DNA of 64,000 nucleotides from Rhizobium sp. GTDB taxonomy: Bacteria > Pseudomonadota > Alphaproteobacteria > Rhizobiales > Rhizobiaceae. The stretch spans positions 2,217 to 66,216 of the forward strand of contig JASGEG010000101.1 in NCBI GenBank assembly GCA_047606605.1. Direction: 5' to 3'. This document shows, piece by piece, positions 1 to 12,500 of the stretch. The position numbers were made by a program, and so were the translations under genes. Each line of letters opens with the position of its first letter. Positions within the stretch are counted from its first letter, which is position 1. A model generated the notes under the pieces. The model had not been told where the DNA came from. It worked only from the letters and a program-made list of their open reading frames with translations, and did not search any database.

Positions 1-1338
1 AAGCTGAAGCCCGGCCTGAAGTTTGCGTCCGGTAATCCGATCACCGCCGATGACGTTGCCTGGTCCTTCGAGCGCGTCGTCAAGCTCGACAAGAGCCCGG
101 CCTTCATTCTCACCCAGTTCGGCCTTACCGGCGACAACGTCACGGAAAAGGCCAAGGCGACCGACCCGAACACCTTCACCTTCACCGTCGACAAGCCCTA
201 CGCGCCGAGCTTCGTGCTGAACTGCCTGACGGCGACGGTCGCCGAAGTGGTCGATAAGAAGCTGGTTCTGCAGCACGTCAAGCCGGCGACGCCGACCGCC
301 GACTTCAAGTATGACAACGACTTCGGCAATGGCTGGCTGAAGACCGGCTTTGCCGGTTCCGGCCCGTTCAAGCTGCGCGAATGGCGCGCCAACGAAGCCG
401 TGGTGCTCGAGCGCAACGACAATTATTATGGCGACAAGACGAAGCTCGCCCGCGTCATCTACCGCTTCATGAAGGAAAGCTCGGCACAGCGCCTGGCACT
501 GGAGAACGGCGATATCGATGTTGCCCGCAACCTGTCGCCGACCGATCTCGCCGCCGTCGAGAAGAGCGAGAAGCTCGCCTCGACCAGCGCGCCGAAGGGC
601 ACGATCTATTACATCAGCCTCAACCAGAAGAACGCGAACCTCGCCAAGCCGGAAGTGCAGCAGGCGTTCAAATACCTGATCGACTATGACGCCATCGGCA
701 AGACGCTGATCAAGGGCATCGGTGAAATCCACCAGACCTTCGAGCCGAAGGGCCTGCTCGGCGCGCTGGACGAAAATCCCTTCAAGCTGGATGTCGCCAA
801 GGCGAAGGAACTGCTGGCCAAGGCCGGCCTGCCGGACGGCTTCTCCGTGACCATGGACGCGCGCAGCATCGAGCCCGATACCGGTATCGCCACCGCGATC
901 CAGCAGACGCTCGGCCAGGCCGGCATCAAGGTCGAAATCATCCCCGGCGACGGCAAGCAGAAACTGACCAAGTATCGCGCCCGCAATCACGACATCTATT
1001 ACGGCCAGTGGGGCAACGATTATTGGGACCCCCATTCCAACGCCGATACGTTCACGAACAATCCCGACAATTCCGACGCCGGCACCAACAAGACGCTCGC
1101 CTGGCGCAATACCTGGACGACGCCGGATCTCGACAAGGAAACGAAGGCTGCCCTGTTCGAGGTGGATACCGCCAAGCGCGCCGCCATGTATCAGGATATC
1201 CAGAAGAAATACCTCGAAGCCAGCCCCTTCGTCTTCCTCTATCAGCAGACGGAAGTGGCCGGCTATCGCAAGGACGTGAAGGGCTTCAAGCTCGGTCCGA
1301 GCTTCGACACCAACTTCGTATGGCCGATCTCGAAGTGA
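1..1338 (+). CDS. Peptide/dipeptide ABC transporter substrate-binding protein (family 5), 5'-truncated by window
   Basis: Frame open from base 1 (KLKPGLKFASGNPITADDVAWSF...); GSGPFKL motif; followed by two permeases and two ATPases. Confidence 0.9.
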   Translation, partial: KLKPGLKFASGNPITADDVAWSFERVVKLDKSPAFILTQFGLTGDNVTEKAKATDPNTFTFTVDKPYAPSFVLNCLTATVAEVVDKKLVLQHVKPATPTADFKYDNDFGNGWLKTGFAGSGPFKLREWRANEAVVLERNDNYYGDKTKLARVIYRFMKESSAQRLALENGDIDVARNLSPTDLAAVEKSEKLASTSAPKGTIYYISLNQKNANLAKPEVQQAFKYLIDYDAIGKTLIKGIGEIHQTFEPKGLLGALDENPFKLDVAKAKELLAKAGLPDGFSVTMDARSIEPDTGIATAIQQTLGQAGIKVEIIPGDGKQKLTKYRARNHDIYYGQWGNDYWDPHSNADTFTNNPDNSDAGTNKTLAWRNTWTTPDLDKETKAALFEVDTAKRAAMYQDIQKKYLEASPFVFLYQQTEVAGYRKDVKGFKLGPSFDTNFVWPISK

Positions 1339-1359
1339 TAATCCGGCAGGATTAGTCCT

Positions 1360-2427
1360 TTGAGCACCGTCGAACGGAAAATGGAGGCGCGGCCCAGGAA
1401 GGGCCGTGCCGCGCCCGTCATGATGGGCGTGCTGCGCTTCCTTGTCGTGGCCGTCACGACCTATCTCGGTCTTCTGGCCGTCACCTTCTTCATCGGGCGC
1501 GTCATCCCGATCGATCCGGCATTGGCGATCGCCGGCGACCATGCGCCCGCACAGGTGCTGGAGCGCCTGCGCCGCGAAATGCATCTCGATGAGCCGCTCT
1601 ATCGGCAATTCTACTATTATCTGATGAGCGCGCTCACCGGCGATTTCGGTACCTCCGTGCTGACGACCAATCCGGTGATGGACGACATCAAGCGCGTCTT
1701 TCCGGCGACGATGGAGCTTGCCACCGTCGGCACCTTCATCGGCGCGCTCATCGGTATTCCCTTCGGCGTGCTGGCCGCCGTGCGCCGCAACAGCCTGATC
1801 GACCAGGTCGTCCGCGTCGTCGGCCTCGTCGGCTATTCGGTGCCGGTGTTCTGGCTGGCGATGGTGTCGCTCGTCATCTTCTATGCGCAATTGCGCTGGG
1901 TGGCCTATCCCGGCCGCATCGACATCGCCTTCGAATACAGTTTCACGCCGGTCACCGGCTTCTACCTGCTCGACAGCGCCATGCAGGGGCAGTGGGACGT
2001 GTTCTGGGATGTGTTCCGCCACATCATCCTGCCGGCCGCGCTGCTCGGCTATTTGTCGCTTGCCTATATCAGCCGCATGACGCGCAGCTTCATGCTGAAC
2101 GAGCTCGGCCAGGAATATATCGTCGCGGCCCGCGCCAAGGGGCTGTCGGAAACGCGGGTGATCTGGGGACACGCGCTGCGCAGCGCCGTCGTGCCGCTGA
2201 TCACCGTGATCGCGCTGTCCTATGCATCGCTGCTGGAGGGGTCGGTGCTGACGGAGATCGTCTTTTCCTGGCCCGGCATCGGCTTCTACATCACCAGCTC
2301 GCTGCGCAATGCCGACATGAACGCCGTGCTCGGGGGCACCATCGTCATCGGCACGGTCTTCATCGCCATCAACCTGCTGTCCGACCTGCTCTATCGGACC
2401 CTCGATCCAAGGACGCGACGCAAATGA
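1360..2427 (+). CDS. Peptide ABC transporter permease (DppB/OppB-like)
   Basis: Hydrophobic segments, EAA-type loop YIVAARAKGLSE, C-terminal LDPR. Confidence 0.9.
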   Translation: MSTVERKMEARPRKGRAAPVMMGVLRFLVVAVTTYLGLLAVTFFIGRVIPIDPALAIAGDHAPAQVLERLRREMHLDEPLYRQFYYYLMSALTGDFGTSVLTTNPVMDDIKRVFPATMELATVGTFIGALIGIPFGVLAAVRRNSLIDQVVRVVGLVGYSVPVFWLAMVSLVIFYAQLRWVAYPGRIDIAFEYSFTPVTGFYLLDSAMQGQWDVFWDVFRHIILPAALLGYLSLAYISRMTRSFMLNELGQEYIVAARAKGLSETRVIWGHALRSAVVPLITVIALSYASLLEGSVLTEIVFSWPGIGFYITSSLRNADMNAVLGGTIVIGTVFIAINLLSDLLYRTLDPRTRRK

Positions 2428-3350
2428 CGGCTGAGATCACCCAATCCGGCTGGCGTGACTGGCTGCTGTCGGACCGGCCGCAGTCCCGGCGGCAGGCGAG
2501 GCTCGGGCGCGCCTATGTCACCTGGCGGCAATTCTCCGCCAATCACCTGGCTGTCGCCGGATTGCTGATCATCCTCGCTCTGGTGGCGGTCGCTGCCCTT
2601 GCCGACGTCATCGCGCCGCATTCGCCCGTCATCGGCGATCTCACCAACGCCTATCTGCAGCCGCCGGGCACCGGCAGCTATCTTCTCGGTACCGACGATC
2701 TCGGCCGCGATATCCTGTCCCGGCTGATCTACGGCTCGCGCTGGACGCTTTATATCGTCGTGCTGGTCGCGATCATTTCCGCACCGATCGGCCTCGTGGT
2801 CGGCATGGTGTCGGGCTATATGGGCGGCTGGATCGACACCGTCCTGATGCGCATCACCGATATTTTCCTCGCCTTCCCGAAGCTCGTCCTGGCGCTTGCG
2901 TTTGCCGGTGCGCTCGGCGCGGGCATCGAGAACGCCATCATCGCCATCGCCATCACCTCCTGGCCGCCCTATGCGCGCCTGGCGCGGGCCGAGACGATGA
3001 CGGTGCGGCGTTCGGACTATATCGCCGCCGTGCAGCTGATGGGCGCCTCGCCGCTGCGCATCATCTTCCGCCATGTCATGCCGCTTTGCGTTTCCTCGGT
3101 GATCGTCCGTGTCACGCTCGACATGGCCGGCGTCATCCTGACGGCGGCCGGCCTCGGCTTTCTCGGCCTTGGCGCGCAGCCACCACTGCCGGAATGGGGA
3201 GTAATGATCGCCTCCGGCTTCAAATATTATCTCGACCAATGGTGGGTGGCGGCCATGCCCGGCATCGCCATCCTGATCGTCAGCCTCGGCTTCAACCTGC
3301 TCGGCGACGGCCTGCGCGATGCGCTCGATCCGAAGGAGAGCGGCCAATGA
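2424..3350 (+). CDS. Peptide ABC transporter permease (DppC/OppC-like)
   Basis: ATGA overlap with upstream stop; LGTDDLGRD and FLGLGAQPPLPEWG motifs. Confidence 0.9.
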   Translation: MTAEITQSGWRDWLLSDRPQSRRQARLGRAYVTWRQFSANHLAVAGLLIILALVAVAALADVIAPHSPVIGDLTNAYLQPPGTGSYLLGTDDLGRDILSRLIYGSRWTLYIVVLVAIISAPIGLVVGMVSGYMGGWIDTVLMRITDIFLAFPKLVLALAFAGALGAGIENAIIAIAITSWPPYARLARAETMTVRRSDYIAAVQLMGASPLRIIFRHVMPLCVSSVIVRVTLDMAGVILTAAGLGFLGLGAQPPLPEWGVMIASGFKYYLDQWWVAAMPGIAILIVSLGFNLLGDGLRDALDPKESGQ

Positions 3351-4176
3351 CGGCGATGCTGACGGTCGAGAACCTCAGGGTTCGTTACCCCACCCGCACC
3401 GGCGTCATCGATGCGGTGCGCGGCGTTTCCTTCACGCTCGGCCGCGAGCGGCTGGGCATCGTCGGCGAAAGCGGCTCGGGCAAGTCGCAGACCGGCCGCG
3501 CCATCATGGGCCTGACGCCCGCGCACGGCATCGTCACCGCCGACCGGCTGAATTTCAGCGGCATCGACCTCTTGTCGATCTCCGCAAAGGAGCGGCGGTC
3601 GCTGCGCGGCAAGCGCATCGCCATGGTGCTGCAGGACCCGAAATATTCGCTCGATCCGGTCATGAGCATCGGCCGGCAGATCACCGAGACGCTGCGCACG
3701 CATGAGAAGGTGAGCAAGGCGGAAGCGCGCGAGCGGGCGCTTGCCATGCTGGAGGCGGTGCAGATCCGCGATCCCAGGCGCGTCTACGACCTGCATCCGC
3801 ATGAAGTCTCCGGCGGCATGGGCCAGCGCGTGATGATCGCCATGATGCTGATTGCCGGGCCGGAACTGCTGATCGCCGACGAGCCGACCTCGGCGCTCGA
3901 CGTGACCGTGCAGCTCGACGTGCTGAGAATCATGGACAAGCTGGTGTCGGAGCGCGGCATGGGGCTGATTTTCGTGTCGCACGATTTGAGGCTCGTCTCG
4001 TCCTTCTGCGATCGGGTGATCGTCATGTATGCCGGCAAGATCGTCGAGGAACTGAAGGCCTCCGAGCTCAACAATGCCCAGCATCCCTATACGCGCGGCC
4101 TCTTGAACTGCATGCCCGTGATCGGCGAGGACCGCCATCCGCTGCCGGTCCTCGACCGCAAGCCGGAGTGGGCGGC

Positions 4177-4180
<4 letters not shown>
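3347..4180 (+). CDS. Peptide ABC transporter ATP-binding protein (DppD-like)
   Basis: GESGSGKS Walker A, SGGMGQR signature, ADEPT; ATGA overlap. Confidence 0.9.
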
Positions 4181-4926
<746 letters not shown>

Positions 4927-5087
4927 GCTGACGGCGCTGGCCCGGCGGCCCATGTTAACGAATGCGGCGGCGAAACACGACCAATCGTATAGACTATTGA
5001 CTCCTGCCGCATTTCTGTCATGATCTCGTTAATGACGGTTAACTTTCGTGATCCCGGTTTCCGGGTCGGACGCGAGTGGAGGCAGGC

Positions 5088-5291
5088 ATGTTTTTCATGG
5101 GTGGCATGACCATGGGCTATCTTCATCCGCCGATGCCGGAGATGGAAGAGGATGTGGCAACCGTCACTCTGCCGGAAGAAAAGAGCCGTCGTCAGATCAA
5201 TGTGACGGAAACATCGGCTCGTGAGGCAGGCGCCGTGGAGCGCACCCTGACCTGGGCCCGCCGCATCTCCGCAGAGCTTCGGCTTCGCTGA
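5088..5291 (+). CDS. Small hypothetical protein (67 aa)
   Basis: GGAGG RBS 5 nt before ATG; no family recognised. Confidence 0.45.
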   Translation: MFFMGGMTMGYLHPPMPEMEEDVATVTLPEEKSRRQINVTETSAREAGAVERTLTWARRISAELRLR

Positions 5292-5455
5292 GTTCGGGAC
5301 GACCGGTTTTCAGGTCCGACTATTTCCAGAGGTTTATTTTTTCGCCAGCGGGCCTCTGGACGCAAAAACATCTCTACCTAATTGATAGAGAATATATGAA
5401 TGTCAGGCATGGGTTTATCCCGCAAGACATCGAAAAAGACCAACGGAGGCAACAC

Positions 5456-5614
5456 ATGGCGAATTTGGGTATGTCGAATACGCATGTGAATCAGTTCGAT
5501 GGTTCGAAGCGCGTCGCCACGACGCGGCATAAGATCCAGACGGCGATCCACGTTGCGCTGTTTTCCGCTGCTTTCCTGTTCGTCGCCGCCATCGTGTGCG
5601 GCATCGTCGTCTGA
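5456..5614 (+). CDS. Small membrane protein (52 aa, C-terminal TM helix)
   Basis: GGAGG RBS; hydrophobic C-terminus IHVALFSAAFLFVAAIVCGIVV. Confidence 0.65.
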   Translation: MANLGMSNTHVNQFDGSKRVATTRHKIQTAIHVALFSAAFLFVAAIVCGIVV

Positions 5615-6532
5615 GCGTTTCGCCGCGACGACGCAGCCGGTCCCCGGTGACGATCAAGGCGCGTAGTTCCATTTGCGCGCCAAACGCTTTCCCGATTTCT
5701 GATACTGCGATAGCTCATGGGCCGATGAACGGTCCGTGATCTCCTTCCATCGCGGCGCGCCTCTCGGGACGCCTTCTTTCCCGCATCGCCGGAACTTTGC
5801 CAGGCAAAGAAAATTTCCCGTTGCCGATAGAATGCGCGGCGGGAAAACAGTAAGCTCCGCAAAAATATAAAATAAAGAAGTGGGGCGGAGGCATGGCAAA
5901 AGCGGAGGCCGCGCACGACAGCGGACGGGATCGCGCTCATGGCGCGAGAGCAGTTTGGATGCCCGAAACCCCTCTATCGAAACGGAGACCGGCCACGAGG
6001 CCGGCGCGACCGTTGGAAGCCCGGCGCGCTCCTGCCTCGGCCGTCGGCATTTCCTGTCCGCCCCGCCGCTCCGCGCCCTGCCGCTCATTTCCCATCCGGA
6101 GAAAAACAGCGCCTGAGACGAATTTGCGAATCTTTTGAGGGAGTTCAGTTTAAGTTCATCTTCTCCGGGATATGCAGGGCTCAGTCTGTAATGCTCTGAT
6201 TCCTGATGTGGAAGTCAGCCAAGGAGAATGCCTCATGACCCTGATCGATTGTTTTTGACACATCGGGATTGCTGCCGGCGCCATCCGGCCGCGTCTCAAG
6301 TTTCATGGGAAGCCTGTCCCGAGTGATGGCCCGATTGCCATGATCCCGAGAAAGAGCCCGTGAAAATCTTCGCCTGAATGCGTTTGTTCTAAGCCGCCAC
6401 TTCGAGTTCACCCCCTTCGCGCGCCGGGAAGCGAAGCAAAAGGGTCCAAATGTGTGAATGGTCGTGTCGGACGGAGCAAAACGATAAGGGCGATAATGCC
6501 TGTCACTCTGTTTGGACCCAGAACCCGAATCC

Positions 6533-9500
6533 ATGACGTCTCAAAATCTCTCCACCGTTCCGCCGCGCGAATCTGAAGCCAAGCAGATCGATCATAATGA
6601 TTCGATCCGGGCTAGCTATTTCTCCAGCGAACAAATCCGGGAATGCGGCGCGAATTTCGCCCGCAACGGCGCCAAGACCAAGCTGCCGGGCTTCCAGCCC
6701 TTCGACTTCTTCGCGCGTCACAAGGAGAACGAGAAGGAGATCCTGCGGGTCTACCGTTCGGCCAATGCCGATGTCGACGCCGGCGAATCGATCACGCCGG
6801 CCGCCGAATGGCTGCTCGACAACCATTACATCATCGAAGAGGCGATCCAGGAAGTCCGCCGCGACTTCCCGAAGAAGTTCTACGACCAGCTGCAGAAGAT
6901 CACCATCGACGGCATGGTGATGCCGCGCACCATGGCGCTCGCCTGGCTCTATGTCGCCCACACGCACAGCACCGTGTCGCGCCAGGGCCTGCTGGCGCTG
7001 GTGGAGGGCTTCCAATCGCAGGACATGCTGAAGATCGGCGAGCTCTGGGCCGTTCCGTCGCTGGTGCGCTATATTCTGGTCGACAATCTGCGCCGCATCT
7101 CCAGCCGGGTCGAGCAGAGCCGCATCACGCGCAAGAAGGCCAACGAGGCCGTCGACGAGCTGATCCGCCTCAATGACGACGCCAAGGTCGCCGAGTTCCT
7201 GAAGACGCTCGAGCCCTATACGTCGGACAACACCTTCGCGACGCAGTTCCTCTATCGCCTGCGCGATGGCTCGCATACGTCGGGCCTTGCCATCACCTGG
7301 ATGGAAAAGCGCCTGGCGGACGCCGGCACCGACGCCGAAAGCGTCACGATGGCCGAGCACAATCGCCTGTCGTCGGGCAATGTGACGATGGGCAACATCA
7401 TCAAGAGCCTGCGCCTCATCGACGACACCGACTGGTCGGTCTGGGTCGAAGAGGTGAGCGCGGTCGACAAGCTGCTGTGGGACGAGACCGACTACGCCAA
7501 GCTCGATCCGGGCTCGCGCAACAGCTATCGCCGCCGCATCGAAAAGCTCGCCCGCCGCTCCGACAAGACCGAAATGGAGATCGCCCAGGTCGCCATGGCG
7601 ATGACCGACGCCGCCAAGGCTTCGGGCGATGCGCAATCGCGCGAGCCGAATATCGGCGATTTCATCATGGGCCAGCAGACCGAGAAGCTGGAAAAGGCGA
7701 TCGGCTACCGCGTGCCGCTGTCGGTGAGCTTCGTGCGCCAGTGGCGCAAGCTCAACTGGCTGTCGATCGCCGCTCCCGTGCTGCTGCTGACCGTCCTGGC
7801 CCTTGCCGTCGTCGGCTATTTCATGATCCAGGCCGGCATGGGCTGGGCCGAAACCCTGATCCTGCTGCTGATGTTCTCGCTGCCGGCCTCCGAAGGCGCC
7901 ACGGGTCTCTTCAACTTCTTCGTCACCATGTATCTGACGCCGGCGCGTCTCGTCGGCTATGAGTTCAAGGAAGGCATTCCCGAGGAAGCCCGCACCCTGG
8001 TCGTCGTGCCGACCCTGATCGGCAATCGCGACAGCGTCGATGAACTCGTGCGCAATCTCGAAGTCCATTACCTCGCCAATCCGGGCGGCGAGATCTACTA
8101 CGCGCTGCTCAGCGACTGGCCGGACAGCCAGGAGGAAGAGAGCGAGCGCGATCTGGAAATCCTCGATTATGCCCGCCGCGAAGTCGCCAATCTGGCGGCC
8201 CGCTATGACGAGGATGGCGTCCAGCGCTTTTATCTGCTGCACCGCCGCCGCCTCTACAATTCGGCCGAAGGCGCCTGGATGGGCTGGGAGCGCAAGCGCG
8301 GCAAGCTGCATGAGCTGAACCTTCTGCTGCGCGGCGACCGCGACACCACCTTCCTGCCCGGTGCCAATACCGTGCCGAAGGACGTGCAGTATGTCATGAC
8401 GCTCGATTCCGATACGCGCCTGGTGCGCGATACGGTGACGAAGCTTGTCGGCAAGCTGCATCATCCGATCAACCGCCCGGTCTTCGATGCCGAGGCCAAG
8501 CGCGTCGTGCGCGGCTATGGCGTTCTGCAGCCGCGCGTGACCCCGTCGCTGACGACCGGCAAGGACGCTTCGGTGTTCCAGCGCGTCTTCTCGGTCAATC
8601 GCGGTCTCGATCCTTATGTCTTCGCCGTCTCCGACGTCTATCAGGATCTGGTCGAAGAAGGCACCTTCACCGGCAAGGGCCTCTATCATGTCGATGCCTT
8701 CGAGGCGTCGCTGAAGGGCAAGATCGACGAGAATGCCGTTCTCAGCCACGACCTGCTCGAAGGCTCGATGGCGCGTTGCGCGCTGGTGACCGATTGCGAG
8801 CTCGTGGAAGATTTCCCGATCCGCTACGAAGTGGAAGTGTCGCGCCAGCATCGCTGGGCTCGCGGCGACTGGCAGCTCCTGCCCTATATCTTCAATCCGA
8901 AGCGCGGCGTCACCGGCCTCGGCCGCTGGAAGATGATGGACAATCTGCGCCGCTCGCTGACGCCGATCGCCTGGTTCTTCGCCTCCGTTCTCGGCTGGTA
9001 CTTCATGGGGCCGCTCGCCGCCCTCATCTGGCAGATCCTGCTGATCTTCTGCCTGTTCGTGGCGCCGACCCTGTCGCTGATCAACGGCATCATCCCGCGC
9101 ACCAGCGATATCGTCGCCCGCGCCCATCTCTATACGGTCTGGACGGATATCCGCGCCGCCAATGCGCAGGTCGCGCTGCGCATCGTCTTCATCGCCGACG
9201 GCGCCTGCATCATGGCCGACGCCATCGCCCGCTCGCTCTATCGCGCCTTCGTCAGCCGCAAGCTGATGCTGCAATGGCGCACTGCCGCCAGCGCCCAGGC
9301 GGCTGCCCAGACCACCATCCTCGGCCATTACCGCGTCATGTGGCATGCGCCGGTGCTGGCGCTGCTCGCGCTCGCCTTCGCGTCGCTGTCGGGCGACAAC
9401 GCCTTCCTCGTCGGCATTCCCTTCGCGCTGCTCTGGGTTCTGTCGCCGGCGATCGCCTGGTATGTCAGCCAGACGGCCGAAACCGAGGACAAGCTCGAAG

Positions 9501-12500
9501 TGCCGGAAAGCGTTTCGGCCGAACTGCGCAAGATCGCGCGGCGCACCTGGCGTTATTTCGATACGTTCGTGGTCGAGCAGCAGAACCACCTGCCGCCGGA
9601 TAACGTGCAGCAGACGCCGAATGCGGTGGTGGCCTCGCGTACCTCGCCGACCAATATCGGCGTCTACCTGCTGTCGGTCATTTCGGCGCGCCATTTCGGC
9701 TGGATCTCCTTCGAGGAGACCATCGACCGCATGGAAAAGACCATGGCGACGGTCGAAAAGCTCGAAAAGTTCCGCGGCCATCTGTGCAACTGGTATCACA
9801 CCGATACGCTGAAGCCGATGGGCGCACGCTATGTCTCGGCTGTCGACAGCGGCAATTTCGCCGGCCACCTGATCGCCGTGTCATCGGCCTGCCGCATCTG
9901 GGCGGAAGCGCCCTCCGCGCACATGCAGGGCAACCTCGACGGCATCGGCGACGTCGCCGGCATTCTCGCCGAAATCCTGGCCGAGCTGCCTGACGACCGC
10001 AAGACCGTGCGGCCGCTGCGCCATCGCCTGGAAGAGCGCATCGTCGGCTTCCAGAATGCGCTCGCCGCGGTCAAGCGCGAGCATGAATTCGCCTCGATCC
10101 GCATCATCAACCTCTCGGTTCTGGCGCACGACATCCAGAAGCTCGCCGCCAACCTCGACCATGAGGTCAAGTCGGCGCAGAGCGGCGAAGTGCTGACCTG
10201 GTCGCAATCGCTGGTGAAGGTCTGCGAAGGCCATATCGCCGACAGCGTCTTCGATCTTGCCAATGTCGACGCGCTGCGCCAGCGGCTCGCCAATCTGCGC
10301 GACCGCATGCGCAAGATCGCCTTCGGGATGGAATTCGCTTTCCTCTACCGTCCGGAGCGGCGCCTTCTCTCCATCGGCTTCCGCGTCGAAACCAACGAGC
10401 TCGATGCCGCCTGCTACGACCTGCTGGCCTCCGAAGCCCGCCTGACCAGCCTGTTCGCCATCGCCAAGGGCGACCTGCCGACCGAACATTGGTACCGCCT
10501 CGGCCGCCAGGTCGTGCCCGTGGGCTCGCGCGGCGCGCTGGTCTCCTGGTCCGGTTCGATGTTCGAATATCTGATGCCGCCGCTCGTCATGCAGGAGCGC
10601 CAGGGCGGTATCCTCAACCAGACCAACAATCTGATCGTCCAGGAACAGATGAACTACGCCAAGCGCCTCGGCGCCGGCATTCCCTGGGGCATTTCGGAAG
10701 CTGCCTTCAACGCCCGCGACCATCAGATGCAGTATCAGTACACCAATTTCGGCGTACCCTCGCTCGGCCTCAAGCGCGGCCTCGGCCAGAATGCCGTCAT
10801 CGCGCCCTATGCTTCGATCCTGGCCAGCCAGTATCGGCCGGAAGCGGCGCTGGAAAACCTCCAGAAGCTGCGCAAGGTCGGCGCGCTCGGCATCTACGGC
10901 TTCCATGACGCCGTCGACTTCACGCCGACGCGCGTTCCCGAAGGCAAGAAATGCGCGGTGGTCTACAACTACTATGCCCACCATCACGGCATGTCGATCG
11001 CCGCCGTCGCCAACGTCGCCTTCAACGGCCGCCTGCGCGAACTCTTCCATGCCGATCCGGTAATCGAGGCGGCGGAACTGCTGCTGCAGGAAAAGGCGCC
11101 GCGCGATATTCCGGTCATGGCCGCCAAGCATGAGAGCGACCAGCCGGCCAATATCCAGGAAGACATGCTGCGTCCGGAGATCCGCAAGATCGCCGATCCG
11201 GCCACGCAGGACCGCGAACTCGCCTTCCTCTCCAACGGTCACTACTCCGTCATGCTGACGGCGACCGGTGCCGGCTATTCGCGCTGGAACGGCCTGTCCG
11301 TCTCGCGCTGGCGACCCGATCCGACCGAAGACCGCTGGGGCACCTTCGTCTTCCTGCGCGATACGGTGTCCGGCCAATGGTGGTCGACGACCTCGGAGCC
11401 GCGCAGCATCGAGGGCGAAAAGGTCAAGGTCGCCTTCAGCGACGAAAAGGCGGAATACAGCAAGACCGTCGGCGATCTCACCAGCGAGGTCGAATGCATC
11501 GTCGCAACCGAGCACGATGCCGAAGGCCGCCGCGTGACGCTGCTAAACATGGGTACGGAGGACCGCTTCATCGAAGTGACCTCCTATCTCGAGCCGGCGA
11601 TCGCCAGCGACGACGTCGATTCCGGTCACCCCGTCTTTGCGCGCATGTTCGTGCGCACCGAGATCGGCGCCAGCGGCGACGTGATCCGCGCCGAGCGCAA
11701 CAAGCGCGACTATAACGAGCCGGATATGTCGATCGCCCATCTGGTCGTCGACAATGCCGGCTCCGAACGCCCGACGGAATTCGAGACGGACCGCCGCAAG
11801 TTCCTCGGCCGTGGCCGCACGCTGGCGGAAGCCGCAGCCTTCGATCCGGGCGCGACGCTCTCCGGCACGGATGGCTTCACCATGGACGCCTGCCTGTCGC
11901 TGCGCCGCGTGGTGCGTGTGCCGGCCGGCAAGAAGGTCAGCGTCATCTTCTGGACGATTTCCGCGCCGAACCGCGAAGAGGTCGACAAGGCGGTGGAACG
12001 CTACCGCAATCCGGATGCCTTCGGCGTCGAGCTGACGCAGGCCTGGACGCGCACGCAGATGCAGATGCGCCATGTCGGCGTCACCTCGCAGCAGGCGGCC
12101 GCCTTCCAGAAGCTTGCCCGCTACCTCGTCTATCCCGACATGCATCTGCGCGCCGACGGCGCCACCGTTCAGGCCGGACTGCATTCGCAGTCGGCGCTCT
12201 GGCCGGTGACGATTTCGGGCGATTTCCCGATCTTCACCCTGCGCATCAATGACGATATCGATCTCGAAATCGCTAAGGAAGCGCTGAGTGCGGCGGAATA
12301 TCTGCGCTCGCGCGGCATCGCTGCCGATCTGGTCATCCTCAACGAACGCGCCGCCGAACTGGCGCAGGACATGCAGCAGGAGCTGGATGGCCTGGTCGAC
12401 CATATCCGCCACAACCAGGGCGAAGGGCTGCGCCAGCATATCTTCGCCGTGCGCAAGGACCTGATCGAGAACGAAACCTACCAGCAGATCCTCGCCGCCT

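Noticed and set aside
5029-5042. TTAA-N6-TTAA as a CtrA box
   Set aside because: Spacer is 6, not the canonical 7.
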